Notes under the pieces: model-generated
What the model was told of the DNA's origin: nothing
The model's database searches: none
Seen by the model: the letters and a program-made list of their open reading frames with translations, nothing else
Translations under genes and position numbers: made by a program
Source: Octopus bimaculoides
Lineage: Eukaryota
Direction: 5' to 3'
Assembly: GCF_001194135.2 (NCBI RefSeq)
Contig: NC_068985.1
Location: 19,239,238 to 19,303,237, forward strand
DNA: 64,000 nt
In this document: positions 25,620 to 38,585 of the stretch, in pieces
How positions within the stretch are numbered: position 1 is the stretch's first letter
How the letters are laid out: the number at the start of each line of letters is the position of its first letter

Positions 25620-26300
25620 TTCAGACCAGACGCTCAGGTGGATAGAAACTGAGACGAGGTTACGAGCAGGGTGGCCAGTTACTTCCAGAAATAGGCTAAG
25701 GGTCAGTTATCCCTGAAACATCGAGCAGAAATAGCAAATGTGTAGGACACCTCTGTCTTTCCTTGACCCAGTTTTTATTTGACCAAACTTGAATGTCTGC
25801 TCCAGTCTGATCAAACGTAACTTGGCCAGATACGACCCATTCATCAGGAAGTTCATCATCTGCTTCTGAGTGACCAATTCAGTAAGCCAGGACTGACGAT
25901 GTATAGATGTGTATCGAGATTGAGGTATCTGCACAGATACTTGAACAGTGAAGAGATGGATTCGCCATTTGTGATGCACGCCTTTCCAAAGCTTGTCCGC
26001 TTAACAGGTCTGCAGTTTGGGGCAAGCGAAAAGTCACGACTTGGCGTTTGGTATTTGGAATGTTGTTTTGCTCTCAGAGCTTTCTACTAGCCGGAAAATG
26101 CAATCATTGGAAATTCTACGTTAGCATTCTATAGAGAACTTTTGAGTAGTAAGAACGACAATGTTCTCAGAGAATCCTTAGGCGTCAACTCCTGGAAGAA
26201 TCACGTAGTTGGTTTGTTCCGGATAATTTTTCAGCCCGGAGACTATGAGTAACTTCCAGAAACCTCGTTTGTGGCTTTGGTTGAAGGCTGAGTACGACTG
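25620..26300 (-). mobile_element. Degraded non-LTR reverse-transcriptase remnant
   Basis: Minus strand DFSLAPNCR...SISSLFKYLCRYL resembles the GLxLNxxKC / FKYLG RT motifs; heavily decayed. Confidence 0.35.
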
Positions 26301-26494
26301 AAAGGACTGAGGACGGACGCTCTCCTCTTAGGTTAAGCCCTCGTTGAGTTCTTAAAGTTCCATATGTAGAGGAATATGAAGGTATAGAGAAAGATGTGGT
26401 CTTCCGGTAAATTTGTTGAATGGTGGGTTAGAGCGATGAACGTGACCCAAGTGAGTGGGCTAACTCTCTGCATGCATCTGCCGGCTGGAGAATA

Positions 26495-26723
26495 CGAGTG
26501 GGGGCGGGGGAAGGACTGAAAAGTTCCTGGTTCTAAGGGTGTCGTGAAAGATCTGGTTGGAGGCCCAACCCTCCTAGTTCTTTTACAAGGCTTTAGAAAA
26601 TCTGAAGGACCGCTGCAATAAGTGTGTGAATCTGAGAAGGGAATATGTTGCATAAAATCATAATTAACTGATCCTCCTGTATTTTCTTTTACCCAAGGCC
26701 AGGAACTTTTCAGCACCCCCTCC
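26495..26723 (+). mobile_element. Non-autonomous mariner element (229 bp) retaining the transposase C-terminus
   Basis: TA flanks (26493-94, 26724-25); TIR core CTGAAAAGTTCCTGG / CCAGGAACTTTTCAG; GLENLKDRCNKCVNLRREYVA* resembles the mariner GI..L..RW.KCV..G.YVE terminus. Confidence 0.85.
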
Positions 26724-29214
26724 TATGACTGAAAGAGAGCACTTGCAATCGGTTGTTAAAGCAATACTGACTCTGTGGGGGTTCTTAGTAGATGCCAGTA
26801 GGTGGTCCTCCTCTTGGAACTTTCTCATATAGGTATATTTTGTTGATGTTGCTCTTCATTTCATTCAATTTCTATCTAACCTCCACCCCAGAGTTTCTAT
26901 AATTTTTCCTTGTAATATCCCTTCTCCTGCCACCTTTGTTATATGATAGAGAAAACAGCCAAATAAATAAATACATGAGCTTGATATTCAAATAAATTGA
27001 ATATTTGATTACCATTTCGCATAACTGCCACAAATTACATCTGAATAACTAGTTTTAGTTCTCCAGTGTTATTACACCACATGGATATCAACGTCACAGC
27101 TCTTTCGATATGAAATTACAAGTAAAATAATTTTATGTGAAATGTTTATGATGACTTAGAAGTGTGCCAAAATGTACAGATGCATTTGATGTTTGTGTTT
27201 TCTTTTCTCTTGCCTGCCTGTAATCCGTGCTCGTTTCTTAACTAGGTGTATGTGTATTTGGAAAACGCCTTTAAATTAATTTTAGAGCCATTAACTATCG
27301 GAAGAGAAGTGAAGAAAAACATTTTTTTTTTTTTGAAACGTAGAGTAAGATTTGGGGGGTTTTTTTTCTGCTTTAAAAAAGAAAAAAATTTAAATATGAA
27401 GGAAACGAAAATATCTGAAGTAAGAAAAAAAAACTTGGTCTGATGTGGTGCAAATGAGTGATAACGCATAAATAAAGAAAGAATGAAAGGAAGGAAGGAA
27501 GGAAGGAAAAGAGGATGAGAAGGGGAAGGAAGGAAGGAAAAATGGAAGAGAGAATAAAAGAAAGGAAGGATGAAAGAAGGAAAGAAAGAGAGAAACACAA
27601 ATAAAATATAATAAAAAAAAAAGAAAAGAAAGCAAAAGAAAATAAGAAAACGTCTGTGCAAATTGAAGCTTAACTTGGTGGAAGTCGGAAATGAAGACAG
27701 CGTAGAAAGTGTAGTCGCTTGGTGGCAGAGGTGAGGGGAGATAGAGAAATGTGTGCGATTGAGATGAAAACTTATTCCGATATAGAACTAAGAAGATAGC
27801 GGTGCCAAACAGTTTAGAGAATGTAAATAAATAAATAAGAAAATAAATAAACAAACAAAATAAATATACAAAATAAAGACAGAAAGTTGGCAAATCCTGT
27901 AGTACCTAGCTTTTTCCACAGTGATATCTTCAGTGTGTACCCACCTTCTTTTGTGATTAGTTTCCTTCCTTGTTCTTCTATATCTGCTATTGGTTGTAAA
28001 CGATTTCAACACTCCACCCATCATATATGCTACCCTACTCCGACCCGAATCCAATAAAGTCATGCTATACACACAGACAGATAGATGCACTGAATACGTA
28101 GGTAAACCTACGCAAACACATTTATCTGTCCGTTGAGACGAAATCGCAAATAAGCACACACTTTCACTAAAAATGGTAATCTACTATAAAACAGCCCAAA
28201 CCCACTCACACAGATGTAAACACACATACACGTGCATACACACACACAGACACACACACATGCCCACAAACACATACTGAACATTACATAGAAACGCACA
28301 AGACATCACCTCATACATATAAACTATCAACAGAAACCCATCTATTTCACCAACAGACATACATGTCTGTTTCTTCGCTCCCACCACTTCTTACGTGTTT
28401 TCCCATTTCTTTATTTCCTTTCATCTACCACCCTCACCTCCATATATATATATATTCTTATAAAGACAAAAGAAACAAAATAAAAAATTTAAAAAAAAAA
28501 AAAACATCTATGCAAATACAAATCAACTGATATAAGACATCAATCACAAATACCTCTCCACCCTCCACTGCTTCATCAGAATATGCCCCAGCCCCCACGG
28601 ATTGCCGCCAAAAATAGTCGTACAAAAAGCTAAAAAGCGCTGAAAGTTTATGTCTCGCGCCTATCACGGAGCACCATCGCAGCAAAACTACCTTAATATT
28701 ATCTTCTCTCAGTTCCAATTTGCATCTCTAAGTTTCTGCATTCAGCAGGTAAGATCTTTTACAAAATAATTCTTTCTCCTCTGAACCGCCCAGATAACAT
28801 CACCATTATCAATTATCTTATAGTAGAGTCGAAGGCGTTCAATGCATTTTAATCAATAATTTCTCTAGTTAATTATAGTCTGTTGTTTTATAGAAACTTG
28901 TAAACAGTCAACTGTTGCATTGAACGCTTCCTACTCATTTGCTATTTTTGACAACTTAAACTCTACGATTTCTATAAGCTGTCTGCATGTGATTGAAGTT
29001 ATAATTATTTCTGATTATTGTCATTTCTAATAAGTTGAGTTCATCTTTACAACTTTTAGGTACATAAAGAATTTATTTTCACATACACACACAAACTTTG
29101 TTGCAAGAAGTTAAACTTAAATAGCAACATTTAATCTTCTCAACCTATTTAAAAGAGACAAGTCTAGCCTTAGCTTTACTTAGAAATAGCTTATGTGATG
29201 ATGATCTTTCAAAA

Positions 29215-29432
29215 ATCGGTTTCAAATTTTGGCACAAGGCCAGCAATTTCTGGGAAAGGGTGTAAGTCAAATACAGCGACCTCAGTACTCAACTGGTACT
29301 TATTTTAACGACTCTGAAGGCGATGAAAGGCAAAGTGGACCTCGGTGAAATTTGAACTCTGAACATAAAGACGGACGAAATGGCGCTAAGCATTTTGATC
29401 GGCGTGCTAACGATTCTGCCTGTTCGCCGACT
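29215..29432 (-). mobile_element. SINE family A, full length
   Basis: GGTTTCAAATTTTGGCACAAGG tail, core and GCTAACGATTCTGCC head. Confidence 0.87.
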
Positions 29433-29562
29433 TTGATCTTCCATCTATCAAACTATTTTTTGATAGTTTAATTAATCAAAGCATGCACATTGTTTATATT
29501 GATTCTAGAAACAAAACAAAATTATTTAAAGTTGCTTTCGTGCTTTTTACATTTTGCTTCAG

Positions 29563-29726
29563 CCCTGTCACACCGTATTCCCGCTATTGCGGGAATTCGT
29601 GAAATGTCACCTCTGCTGGATTCGCGGTAAAACGGGAATGAGCAACACATGTAGAAAAAGAAGATGCAGGCAATTCGGTCCATTAGTTTGCCTGCAATCG
29701 TTACTCCTGGGCTGTATATGCAACTG

Positions 29727-29804
<78 letters not shown>

Positions 29805-30235
29805 NNNNNNNNNNNNNNNNNNNNNNNNNNNNNNNNNNNNNNNNNNNNNNNNNNNNNNNNNNNNNNNNNNNNNNNNNNNNNNNNNNNNNNNNNNNNNNNN
29901 NNNNNNNNNNNNNNNNNNNNNNNNNNNNNNNNNNNNNNNNNNNNNNNNNNNNNNNNNNNNNNNNNNNNNNNNNNNNNNNNNNNNNNNNNNNNNNNNNNNN
30001 NNNNNNNNNNNNNNNNNNNNNNNNNNNNNNNNNNNNNNNNNNNNNNNNNNNNNNNNNNNNNNNNNNNNNNNNNNNNNNNNNNNNNNNNNNNNNNNNNNNN
30101 NNNNNNNNNNNNNNNNNNNNNNNNNNNNNNNNNNNNNNNNNNNNNNNNNNNNNNNNNNNNNNNNNNNNNNNNNNNNNNNNNNNNNNNNNATTATTATTAT
30201 TATTATTATTATCATCATCATCATCATCATCATCA

Positions 30236-30279
<44 letters not shown>

Positions 30280-30352
30280 ATCGTCATCATTATTTTGCAC
30301 AGAAGCCTAGATGGAGGGTAAAGTTAAACACAGGGATCCCGGTCTGAGAGGG
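29563..30352. mobile_element. TTAA-type (piggyBac-like) MITE expanded by an internal (ATT)n/(ATC)n array and a gap
   Basis: Collinear with the reverse complement of 46231-46463; CCCT...AGGG termini; TTAA at 30353-56 (left side degenerate, TCAG). Confidence 0.75.
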
Positions 30353-30744
30353 TTAAAACGATATGGTGTTTGTAGATGTTGGGATTTTTAACTTACATCG
30401 ATATGTTTACATTTAACTGGAGTAAATTTACATGACAAAAGGATTATATTGACTAATAATAACTTTTCAGTGCAATTCAAATCCCATTGATTTATAATGT
30501 TATCAGTAAAGTGATATCAGACATTACATGACCAATCTGAAGAAGGAAAGAAAAACAGTTCTCTATCTCAAACTGGTGCTTCTAATGTCTTATGTTGCTT
30601 TATGTTGGAAGCCTTAACAGTTAATTCATTTATGATGTTTTTGATATTTTTACGGCAATAAACACCTCTGGATTTGTTTCAGCGCCAAACATTTATATAG
30701 CACAAACTGAACTGCTTCCTTGTAATGTGGTTATTCATTGTAAC

Positions 30745-30962
30745 GGTTTCAATTTTGGCACAAGGCTAACAGTTTTTGAGGGAGTAGGGTTTAGTTGATT
30801 ATATCGACCTCAGTGCTTAACTGGTACTTTATCTTGCCGAACCCGAGAGAATGAAAGGCAAAGTCGGACTCGGCAGCATTTGAAACCAGAATGTAAACAG
30901 CCGGAAGAAATTCTGTTTAACACTGTGGCTGAAGCGCTGACGATTCTGCCAGCTCGCTGCCT
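30745..30962 (-). mobile_element. SINE family A, diverged full length
   Basis: Tail, core GAAAGGCAAAGTCGGACTCGG and head GATTCTGCCAGCTCGCTGCC. Confidence 0.82.
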
Positions 30963-31018
30963 CGATTATTCATAATAATAGCGTGGATATGAGGAACATT
31001 CATCAATATCTATAATGG

Positions 31019-31076
<58 letters not shown>

Positions 31077-31499
31077 NNNNNNNNNNNNNNNNNNNNNNNN
31101 NNNNNNNNNNNNNNNNNNNNNNNNNNNNNNNNNNNNNNNNNNNNNNNNNNNNNNNNNNNNNNNNNNNNNNNNNNNNNNNNNNNNNNNNNNNNNNNNNNNN
31201 NNNNNNNNNNNNNNNNNNNNNNNNNNNNNNNNNNNNNNNNNNNNNNNNNNNNNNNNNNNNNNNNNNNNNNNNNNNNNNNNNNNNNNNNNNNNNNNNNNNN
31301 NNNNNNNNNNNNNNNNNNNNNNNNNNNNNNNNNNNNNNNNNNNNNNNNNNNNNNNNNNNNNNNNNNNNNNNNNNNNNNNNNNNNNNNNNNNNNNNNNNNN
31401 NNNNNNNNNNNNNNNNNNNNNNNNNNNNNNNNNNNNNNNNNNNNNNNNNNNNNNNNNNNNNNNNNNNNNATTATTATTGTTATTATTATTATTATTATT

Positions 31500-31700
31500 A
31501 AGGTGGCAGAATCGTCAGCAAGCCGGGCGAAATGCTTAGCAGTTTTTCGCCTACCGTTACGTTCTGAGTTCAAATTCCGCCGAGGTCGACTTTGCCTTTC
31601 ATCTTTTCGGGATCGATAAGTACCAGTGAAAGACTGGGGTCAATGTGATCGACTAATCCTCCCCTCCCAAATTCCAGGTTTTGTGCCTTCAGTAGAAAGG
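31500..31700 (+). mobile_element. SINE family A flanked by (ATT)n on both sides
   Basis: AAGGTGGCAGAATCGTC head (internal deletion) through GTGCCTTCAGTAGAAAGG, followed by (ATT)n at 31701-31746. Confidence 0.9.
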
Positions 31701-31746
<46 letters not shown>

Positions 31747-32675
31747 GCATCTTCTTTCAATTCTATTTCCATTTCTTACCGAGTGCCTTCCTGACACCTA
31801 GGGCAGAGAAACTTACCGTATACTTTGGTAGGCCATTAAAATAAACACACCAGATTGTTCATTTACAAAGTCATGTGATATAGAAAAAGCGGAAGACAGA
31901 GAGAAGAAAGAAAAAAATGTTTAAAGTAACATAAAATAAAGGGGGAAAAAGAAAAGAAAATTCACAGCGACACTGCTCTTCTAAATACGTGTGAGGTACC
32001 TTTTAAGACAATCTTTTGCGCTTCCTGCATGGATGGTAAACCATGGATCATACTTAAATAATTTTCAGTTCCTTTTTTCATCATTCCAAGTGCTCCTACA
32101 TTTACTGATATTGTAACCGTCTTGAGATGCCACATCTTTTCGATTTCGATTAGCAAATCTTTATATTTTCTGAGCTTATCAAATTCTTTTGCCAAGATAT
32201 TATGGTCACAGGGTATGCTCATGTCAATCAAGAAACAGACTTTATTGTTTTGGTCTTTTACAACAATATCTGGTTTATTTGCTTTGATGGTCCGTTCTGT
32301 ACATACTAGGAAGTCCCAAAATAGTTACATTTTCTTCCTCAGTTACAGCCTCAGGGTGGTGCTTGTACCATTTGTCAGCAGTTTTGTTTTCATAATGCCG
32401 ACACATTATCCAATGTAGATATTGGCCAACTCTGTCATGTCTTGATTTATAACCTACAGGTGCTAAAACCTTACATCCAGAGATTAGGTGGTTCACTGTT
32501 TCTATCCCATTGTTGCAGTATCGGCACTTTGGGTCTACACCATGCTTCATCACATTGGCTTGATAGTTCCGGGTCAATAAGCTCTGATCTTGAGCAGCCA
32601 AGATAAAACCTCCACTCTCTGCCTTTAGCCACGAGCTCCGTAGCCACTGATGGGTCTACATCAGCTTGTTTGTAC
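31747..32675 (-). mobile_element. R4/Dong-like RLE non-LTR retrotransposon, 5'-truncated 3' fragment
   Basis: AAQDQSLLTRNY..DPKCRYC-x8-H-x4-C..RHDRVG..HW, then KPDIVV..LIDMSIP..K..KYKDL (PD-(D/E)xK) and VGALG; (TAA)n on both sides on the element strand. Confidence 0.92.
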
Positions 32676-32726
<51 letters not shown>

Positions 32727-32727
<1 letters not shown>

Positions 32728-33207
32728 TTATGTTTGACTTTTGTTTTGCATTTGTACAAGTTGGATCCAAGTCTCACCCAGAGACTTCAAGAGACAACAA
32801 GTTAGAAGTTCATGTAGGTGTTATGCCTAGGGTACCATATATTTGGATTTGTACAGTTTTGTTCAAGTGAATGTTTAAGAAACCATAAGAAAATTATGTG
32901 TTTGCTTTAAAATTTGAGATCACATAGACAGTATTTTACGTAGGATATGGGCAGTTCCCATGGGCACTATCTTTTGAACTTCAGCCATTTTGGGGTTTCC
33001 TGGAATCTGATCTAGGTAGTAATCAGCCCGTTTCGCTGTCATTCCCAGGGCACCTATGACAATAGGTATTGTTTTCGTCTTCAGATTCCACATTTTGCTA
33101 ATTTCTATTTCAAGATCTTTATATTTGCTCAGTTTTTGGTAGGTCTTGACAGATACGTTTATATCGATTGGGACAGTCATATCAATGAGGAGGCATGATT
33201 TTTGTCT

Positions 33208-33208
<1 letters not shown>
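32727..33208 (-). mobile_element. Second R4/Dong-like subfamily, short 3' fragment
   Basis: LLIDMTVP..KLSKYKDLEIEISKMWNLK..IVIGALG..GTAHILRKILSM*, plus ~200-bp 3' UTR; flanked by (ATT)n at 32676-32726 and 33209-33264. Confidence 0.92.
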
Positions 33209-33242
<34 letters not shown>

Positions 33243-34424
33243 TGTATTATTATTATTATTATTAATCACACTTCTGCTGTCTTTCCTTTCCACACACTGT
33301 GTTTTGTAAGCAGATGTGATACAAACATTGGACTTGTGTATAGTGAAAGCACATTAACAGTACTTAATCTCTGCTAATGCTGCAGATCCTCTACCTCTAC
33401 CCTTCATTATCAGCTGTTACAGAAAAAAAAAACCTGAAACTTATTGCATTTTATAGTTATGCACAATAATATGAACTTGGGACGCGGATGAACGAATGGG
33501 TTATGTAGCGAGCAGATTATCTTTTCCGACACAAGTAAAAAGTTGCAGTTGATAGAAGACGGCGATGATAAATTAGAAGAGAATTAGAATAAACTTAACT
33601 AGTTTCTACATAATTTTGATGATATTTACTTAGTTATCTTATAATATGCATAATGAGCCCAAAAACATTGCACTTAAGTAAATCAAGGTGGTATTTCAAA
33701 GATTCTAAAGCTTAGCGATGTTAATTAGAGCCAGTTTGCCGGGATAGGAAATATGAGATCTTTCATTATTTTTTTCGCCACTTGACTTCCGCAGTCAGGT
33801 GAATTCAGCTCTGATAACAGGAATATACTTCCGTGTTGTTATCAAGTGTTATCGACAATATGGAAGCCGTCTAGAATATTTGTGTATGATATTGTAAAGC
33901 ATGTTTATGGCATCTTGGAATATTAAATGAAGCATTTTTAGTTTGGGTTATTGTTGTATGAAAGGACAATACTTAGAGCTGTACTATGGTGGGCGAATAG
34001 ACGACTTATAAGTCATGACCAAGGATAGGGCGAATGCATTCCTTTCGGACTCGACACAACCCCCTCCTCTTAACGACTGTCTCTACAAACTCTTTAAAAA
34101 AAGCAACTTTATTATTTTATTTTATTTTAGTTCATCTTATTTTACCCTCTCTTACATCCATGTACTTTTTTTTTACACTGTTACCCTTTTCTCGATTTTT
34201 TTTAATCGTTTTCTTTCCGTCGAACTGCTTAACTTTTTAATTGCTTTATTTTTTTTTATAATTGTATTAATTTCTGTTTTATCCCTTTAATTTTTATTAT
34301 TTAATTTTTTAATTTTTTATCGTGCATCTGTTAATTTTTGTAATTTTTTTACATCTTGTATCCTTTCTCCCCACCCCTTTATTTATCGATCTTCTTTTAT
34401 TATACTTTATTTTATTTCTGTATA

Positions 34425-34891
34425 CACGCACACATACATACACACACGTACATATATGCACACACACACACGCAAAAATACACGCACCTGCGAACACACA
34501 TGAATGCACATGTACCTCCCCCACACACACCACACACATGCACGTACATACACACACTTACATGCACACACACACACACATACATACACGTACATACACA
34601 CGTACACACGTGCATACACGCTCACACACACACACACACATACCTCCACATAACCCCACGCACACACTCGCATACACACACGCTCATACACAAACACATG
34701 CACACACACATACATACGCACACACGCACACATGGACGCACACGCACACACGCGTACACACACGCACACACATACACACACATGCACACACACACGCATG
34801 CGCACACACGCATGCTCACACACGCACAGGCATGCACACATACCTAACACACAACCCCACGCACACACATATACACACACCTACATACACG
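34425..34891. repeat. Degenerate CA-rich cryptic tandem array (similar tract at 35370-35730)
   Basis: Interleaved CACA/CGCA/TACA units; source of the spurious HTHT and VCVC ORFs. Confidence 0.9.
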
Positions 34892-35162
34892 CACCTCTAA
34901 CACTTTCCTGTTTTAGAAAGAACTTTTTCTTCACCCATTCCCTTCCGGTCATTTCAAAATGTAACCACATGTGAATCGTTAGCGATTTTCTTCCTCCGTC
35001 TTCCTTTCTATTGGACTTTCCTCTGTTTCTGAAGAAGAGTGTTTGCTCGAAACGTTAGACCGTCTTTCTTTCCTTCCCTGAGCGTCTGCTAATACTTTGC
35101 ATGTACCACGTCCTCTCGTTGTTGTTCTTTTTGTGTTTGTTCTGCTTCTTTTGGAGGATTTA
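34892..35162 (+). mobile_element. Non-coding Penelope-like terminal (pLTR-type) unit ending at (TA)n
   Basis: Pyrimidine-rich sequence containing a minimal HHR, ending directly in (TA)n at 35161; PLE identity is inferred from the known HHR-pLTR association. Confidence 0.6.
35025..35060 (+). ncRNA. Minimal type I hammerhead ribozyme
   Basis: GTTT-CTGAAGA-A-GAGTgtttGCTC-GAAAC-GTT^AGAC; stem I GTTT/AGAC (one wobble), stem II GAGT/GCTC, palindromic stem III. Confidence 0.7.
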
Positions 35163-35195
<33 letters not shown>

Positions 35196-37557
35196 TACTT
35201 TACATTTAACACGCACACGCGTGCTTTCTTTCTCTCTCTCTCTCGAACACACACTACACATATACATGTACACAATTGTGAATTAATGTGCATCAGTGAG
35301 CACACTTGAACGTGTTACAGATGCACACTTTCTCTTTCACTCACTCACTCATATATATATATATATATGAAAATCCTGCACATACCCACACATACTCGCT
35401 CACACACATGCTCACATCATATACATACATATACACACATTTTTTACGTATCTCACATATATGAGCAGATGCACACCAGTACGTGTACGAATGCACGCCC
35501 TCTTTCTCCCCCCCCCCACATACGCACTCACATACTCACATCATACACATATATGCTTACGTATCATATTTATACATCAGATGCACATACATAAGCAAAT
35601 TCACGCTAACTTGGCACACCTGAACGTATAAAAGTGCCCCCATCTCTTCCCGCCTCTCTCTCTCATACGAACACATACACAGACACACATACACGCACAG
35701 ACACACACACAGGCACGCACAGACACACACACTGTTTCAAGTATGATTGAGTGCTTAAGAAGTTCATTGATTAAAAAGTTTTCGGTTCTATCCTGCTTTT
35801 CCGGAACGAAGTCTTGTGAGTGAAATTTGCTTGATTATGACTATATGGGGACCTATGGCAGGGAGGACTGTTCATGTTTGAATCCATCGCCCAGTTTAAC
35901 CACCACTACCTGACCCTTGGGTGTATTTAGCGAGGTCCATTCTGTTGTAAGCATTCAGACAAGGTCTCTGGTTTGAGGAGACCTGTGGTTTCCACCCTTG
36001 CTCGCACCCATCACCGAAGCCTTCAACGGGGTTGTTGTTGGTGCCCTCCTTCTGATTAACCCATTCAAAATGTATTAGAACGTATATACAGACACATTAA
36101 AAACACACCAGCAGAAAATCCACGCACGCATACATGTCCATGCATACACACACGTGCACATACACACATATAAAGTTAGTCATTATATACAAATAGCGTA
36201 TAACCTATCCACACATATATACACACTCACATAAAATGTATTTTAACATTTTCCCACCTTCCTTATAAGTGCACCGTTGTTGCTACTGTTGTTGCTGAGA
36301 AGATGGGGGTGGTCGTAGCAGTGGTAGTGATGGCTGTTGTCGTCATAGTAATGGGGTGTGGTGATGTCGGTGATGACGGCGGTGGCGGTTGTTTATCGTA
36401 CGGTTGAAAGAGAAAGATCTGAACATAGGAAATCTAATTCTGTCAGCGACTAATCTGAATATGTTGAATATGCACTGATATAAACAGAATGAATCATTAC
36501 TCATACAAAAACCACTTAACTCACATAGATTATAAGAGGTGAATATTCGGAAATGAAAAGCAACGAAGCGTTTTGTTTTATTGCAAGTGTTTCTTGTCTG
36601 TCATGTGTTAATCTGCTTAGTTTTAAAAATCAAGACAATATAAAGTTACACTCACAATCTGAAACATGTCTTGCTTGCCGTCCTTGCAAAATCTTGTTAT
36701 ATGTTTCCTTATCTTCCCCCCATTCATTTTAATTTGATTATACAAACATTATTCAAGCATATCAAAACGAAGCAACTCAGTTTTTTTAGGTATATATCTT
36801 GTCCTGTTTTCTTTGCTATGACCATTAAATAATGTCTACGACTCTGATATTGTCAGTATATTCTCTTAATTTGAAATGAATGCAACACTGCGATAGCTTC
36901 ATATTTAGGATACACGCACCACTTACCTTTTTCAGTCGGCTTCCCTTTGTCTTCTACAATCTCTTCCTTGAAGAAAGCATATCAATGAACATTTTGCAGT
37001 ATGAGCCAATGAAACAAGAATTTTTAAATAGTTTAAACCAATATTTCTCAAATAGCAAAATTTCCATCACCTCCCTCTTTATTAATGAGAAGGCCAAAAA
37101 ATTTGCACCCACATAATTCATCTTTCTTAACTATAATGTCGGACAGGTTTAAAAAGCTTGAATCTGTCTTAATTTTATCAAACATGACAATTTTCCGTCA
37201 CCTTCTCAATCTTCACAGCCACCATACAAAGAGTCTGCCTCATTCTTTTATTAGAAACACCGGATTAGGCTGCGAAGGAACAACACACATGACGCTTTTC
37301 AGAGCACCCGAGACTGATAGGTACAAAAAAATATTTTGGTCTGAACCCTGATCAAAAGTAGATACTCTTACGAGAGCCCAAAGCAGTGACGTAGCGTGGG
37401 TTGCCAAGCAAAGAGGGCTCAATCTCTTTTATTCTTTTATTATTGATGCGTTATTCTTTTTTCGTTTGAAAGTTTACAGGCGTAAGAATTTTGCGCCCGG
37501 ATAACTGCCTCTGTGGCTCCTCCCTCTCCCCACAAAAGAACAATCCCTCTGGTGGTC

Positions 37558-37708
37558 TCCTGCACAGTTTCCGTCATCCGAATTTCATTGACGATGTTTT
37601 GGTCGACCCAAGATTGTGGTAGAAGATTCATGCCGATGATGCAGTGTAGAGAATAGAACTCGAAATCATCGATACTGTCGCAAGTGAGCTTCTTAGCCAT
37701 ACTGCCAA
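37558..37708 (-). mobile_element. SINE family B, strongly diverged 5' half
   Basis: CTGCACAGTTTCCGTC..TTTGGTCGACCC..GAGCTTCTTAGCCATACTGCC. Confidence 0.55.
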
Positions 37709-38378
37709 CTCTACTTGTTTGATCAGCCAGAAATAACAATCAAATCTATCTCAAACGAAACAGGACAGTCTTAAGAGTGGAAGAACACCTTGAATTGTGT
37801 AGTCCTTAAGACTGAAGAAAAGACAGAGTAGTCATGGCCGTAACACTTTTGATCGTACATGCTCGACAACTGTGTTAAGGTAACTGCCATGTCGAAGGAT
37901 ACACCATTAAGTGCAACAAATCTCCAAACTTCGAGCCCTCTAAAAATGCCGTATTTTCAACAGTGAATTCCATGTAGCGCTGCGATCCCCCAACTGTGTG
38001 TGCGCGTGTGTGAAAGGAGTAGATTATTTGGGGGACATAGCTGAAACATAACATGGTAAAATAAGAGCTGGCATACATAATGTAGTGAGCTAAGAATGTA
38101 GTGAATCTGATCTTTGTACAAAGGCTATTTGATTTTCTGACGTTTTTGTACAAAACCTTTCTTTTTGCGACGTTAATTATTATTGACTTTACCAAGTCCA
38201 TTAGAAAGTTCCAGTCTTGTAATGTTATTGTTACTACATCGAAACATTTTATGCCCCATGCCTTCCTTGTCTTTGACTAAGATTTATAATTTCATTTTGC
38301 TTTTTATCAAAAAAAAGTCTTGAGGAATTTCCCTTGGATAGTATGTTTGTCCAACGTAGCATTGAGATTGACAATGTT

Positions 38379-38585
38379 CTTTTCTACTCTAGGCACAAGG
38401 CCCGAAATTTTGGGGGAGGTGGCCAGTCGATTAGATCGACTCCAGTGCGCAACTGGTATTTAAGTTATCGATCCCGAAAGGATGAAAGTCGACCTCGGCG
38501 GAATTTGAACGCAGAACGTAAATACAGACGAAATACCGCTAAGCATTTTGTCCGGCGTGCTAACGTCTCTGCCAGCTCGCCGCCT
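38379..38585 (-). mobile_element. SINE family A, full length, with 17-bp TSD
   Basis: TTGAGATTGACAATGTT at 38362-38378 and 38586-38602. Confidence 0.93.

Noticed and set aside
27880-28740. LINE-like C-terminal peptide remnants (possibly RTE and Tx1)
   Set aside because: Too decayed to assign with support.
36880-37400. Possible LINE RT remnant (KEGG.G motif on the minus strand)
   Set aside because: A single weak motif only.
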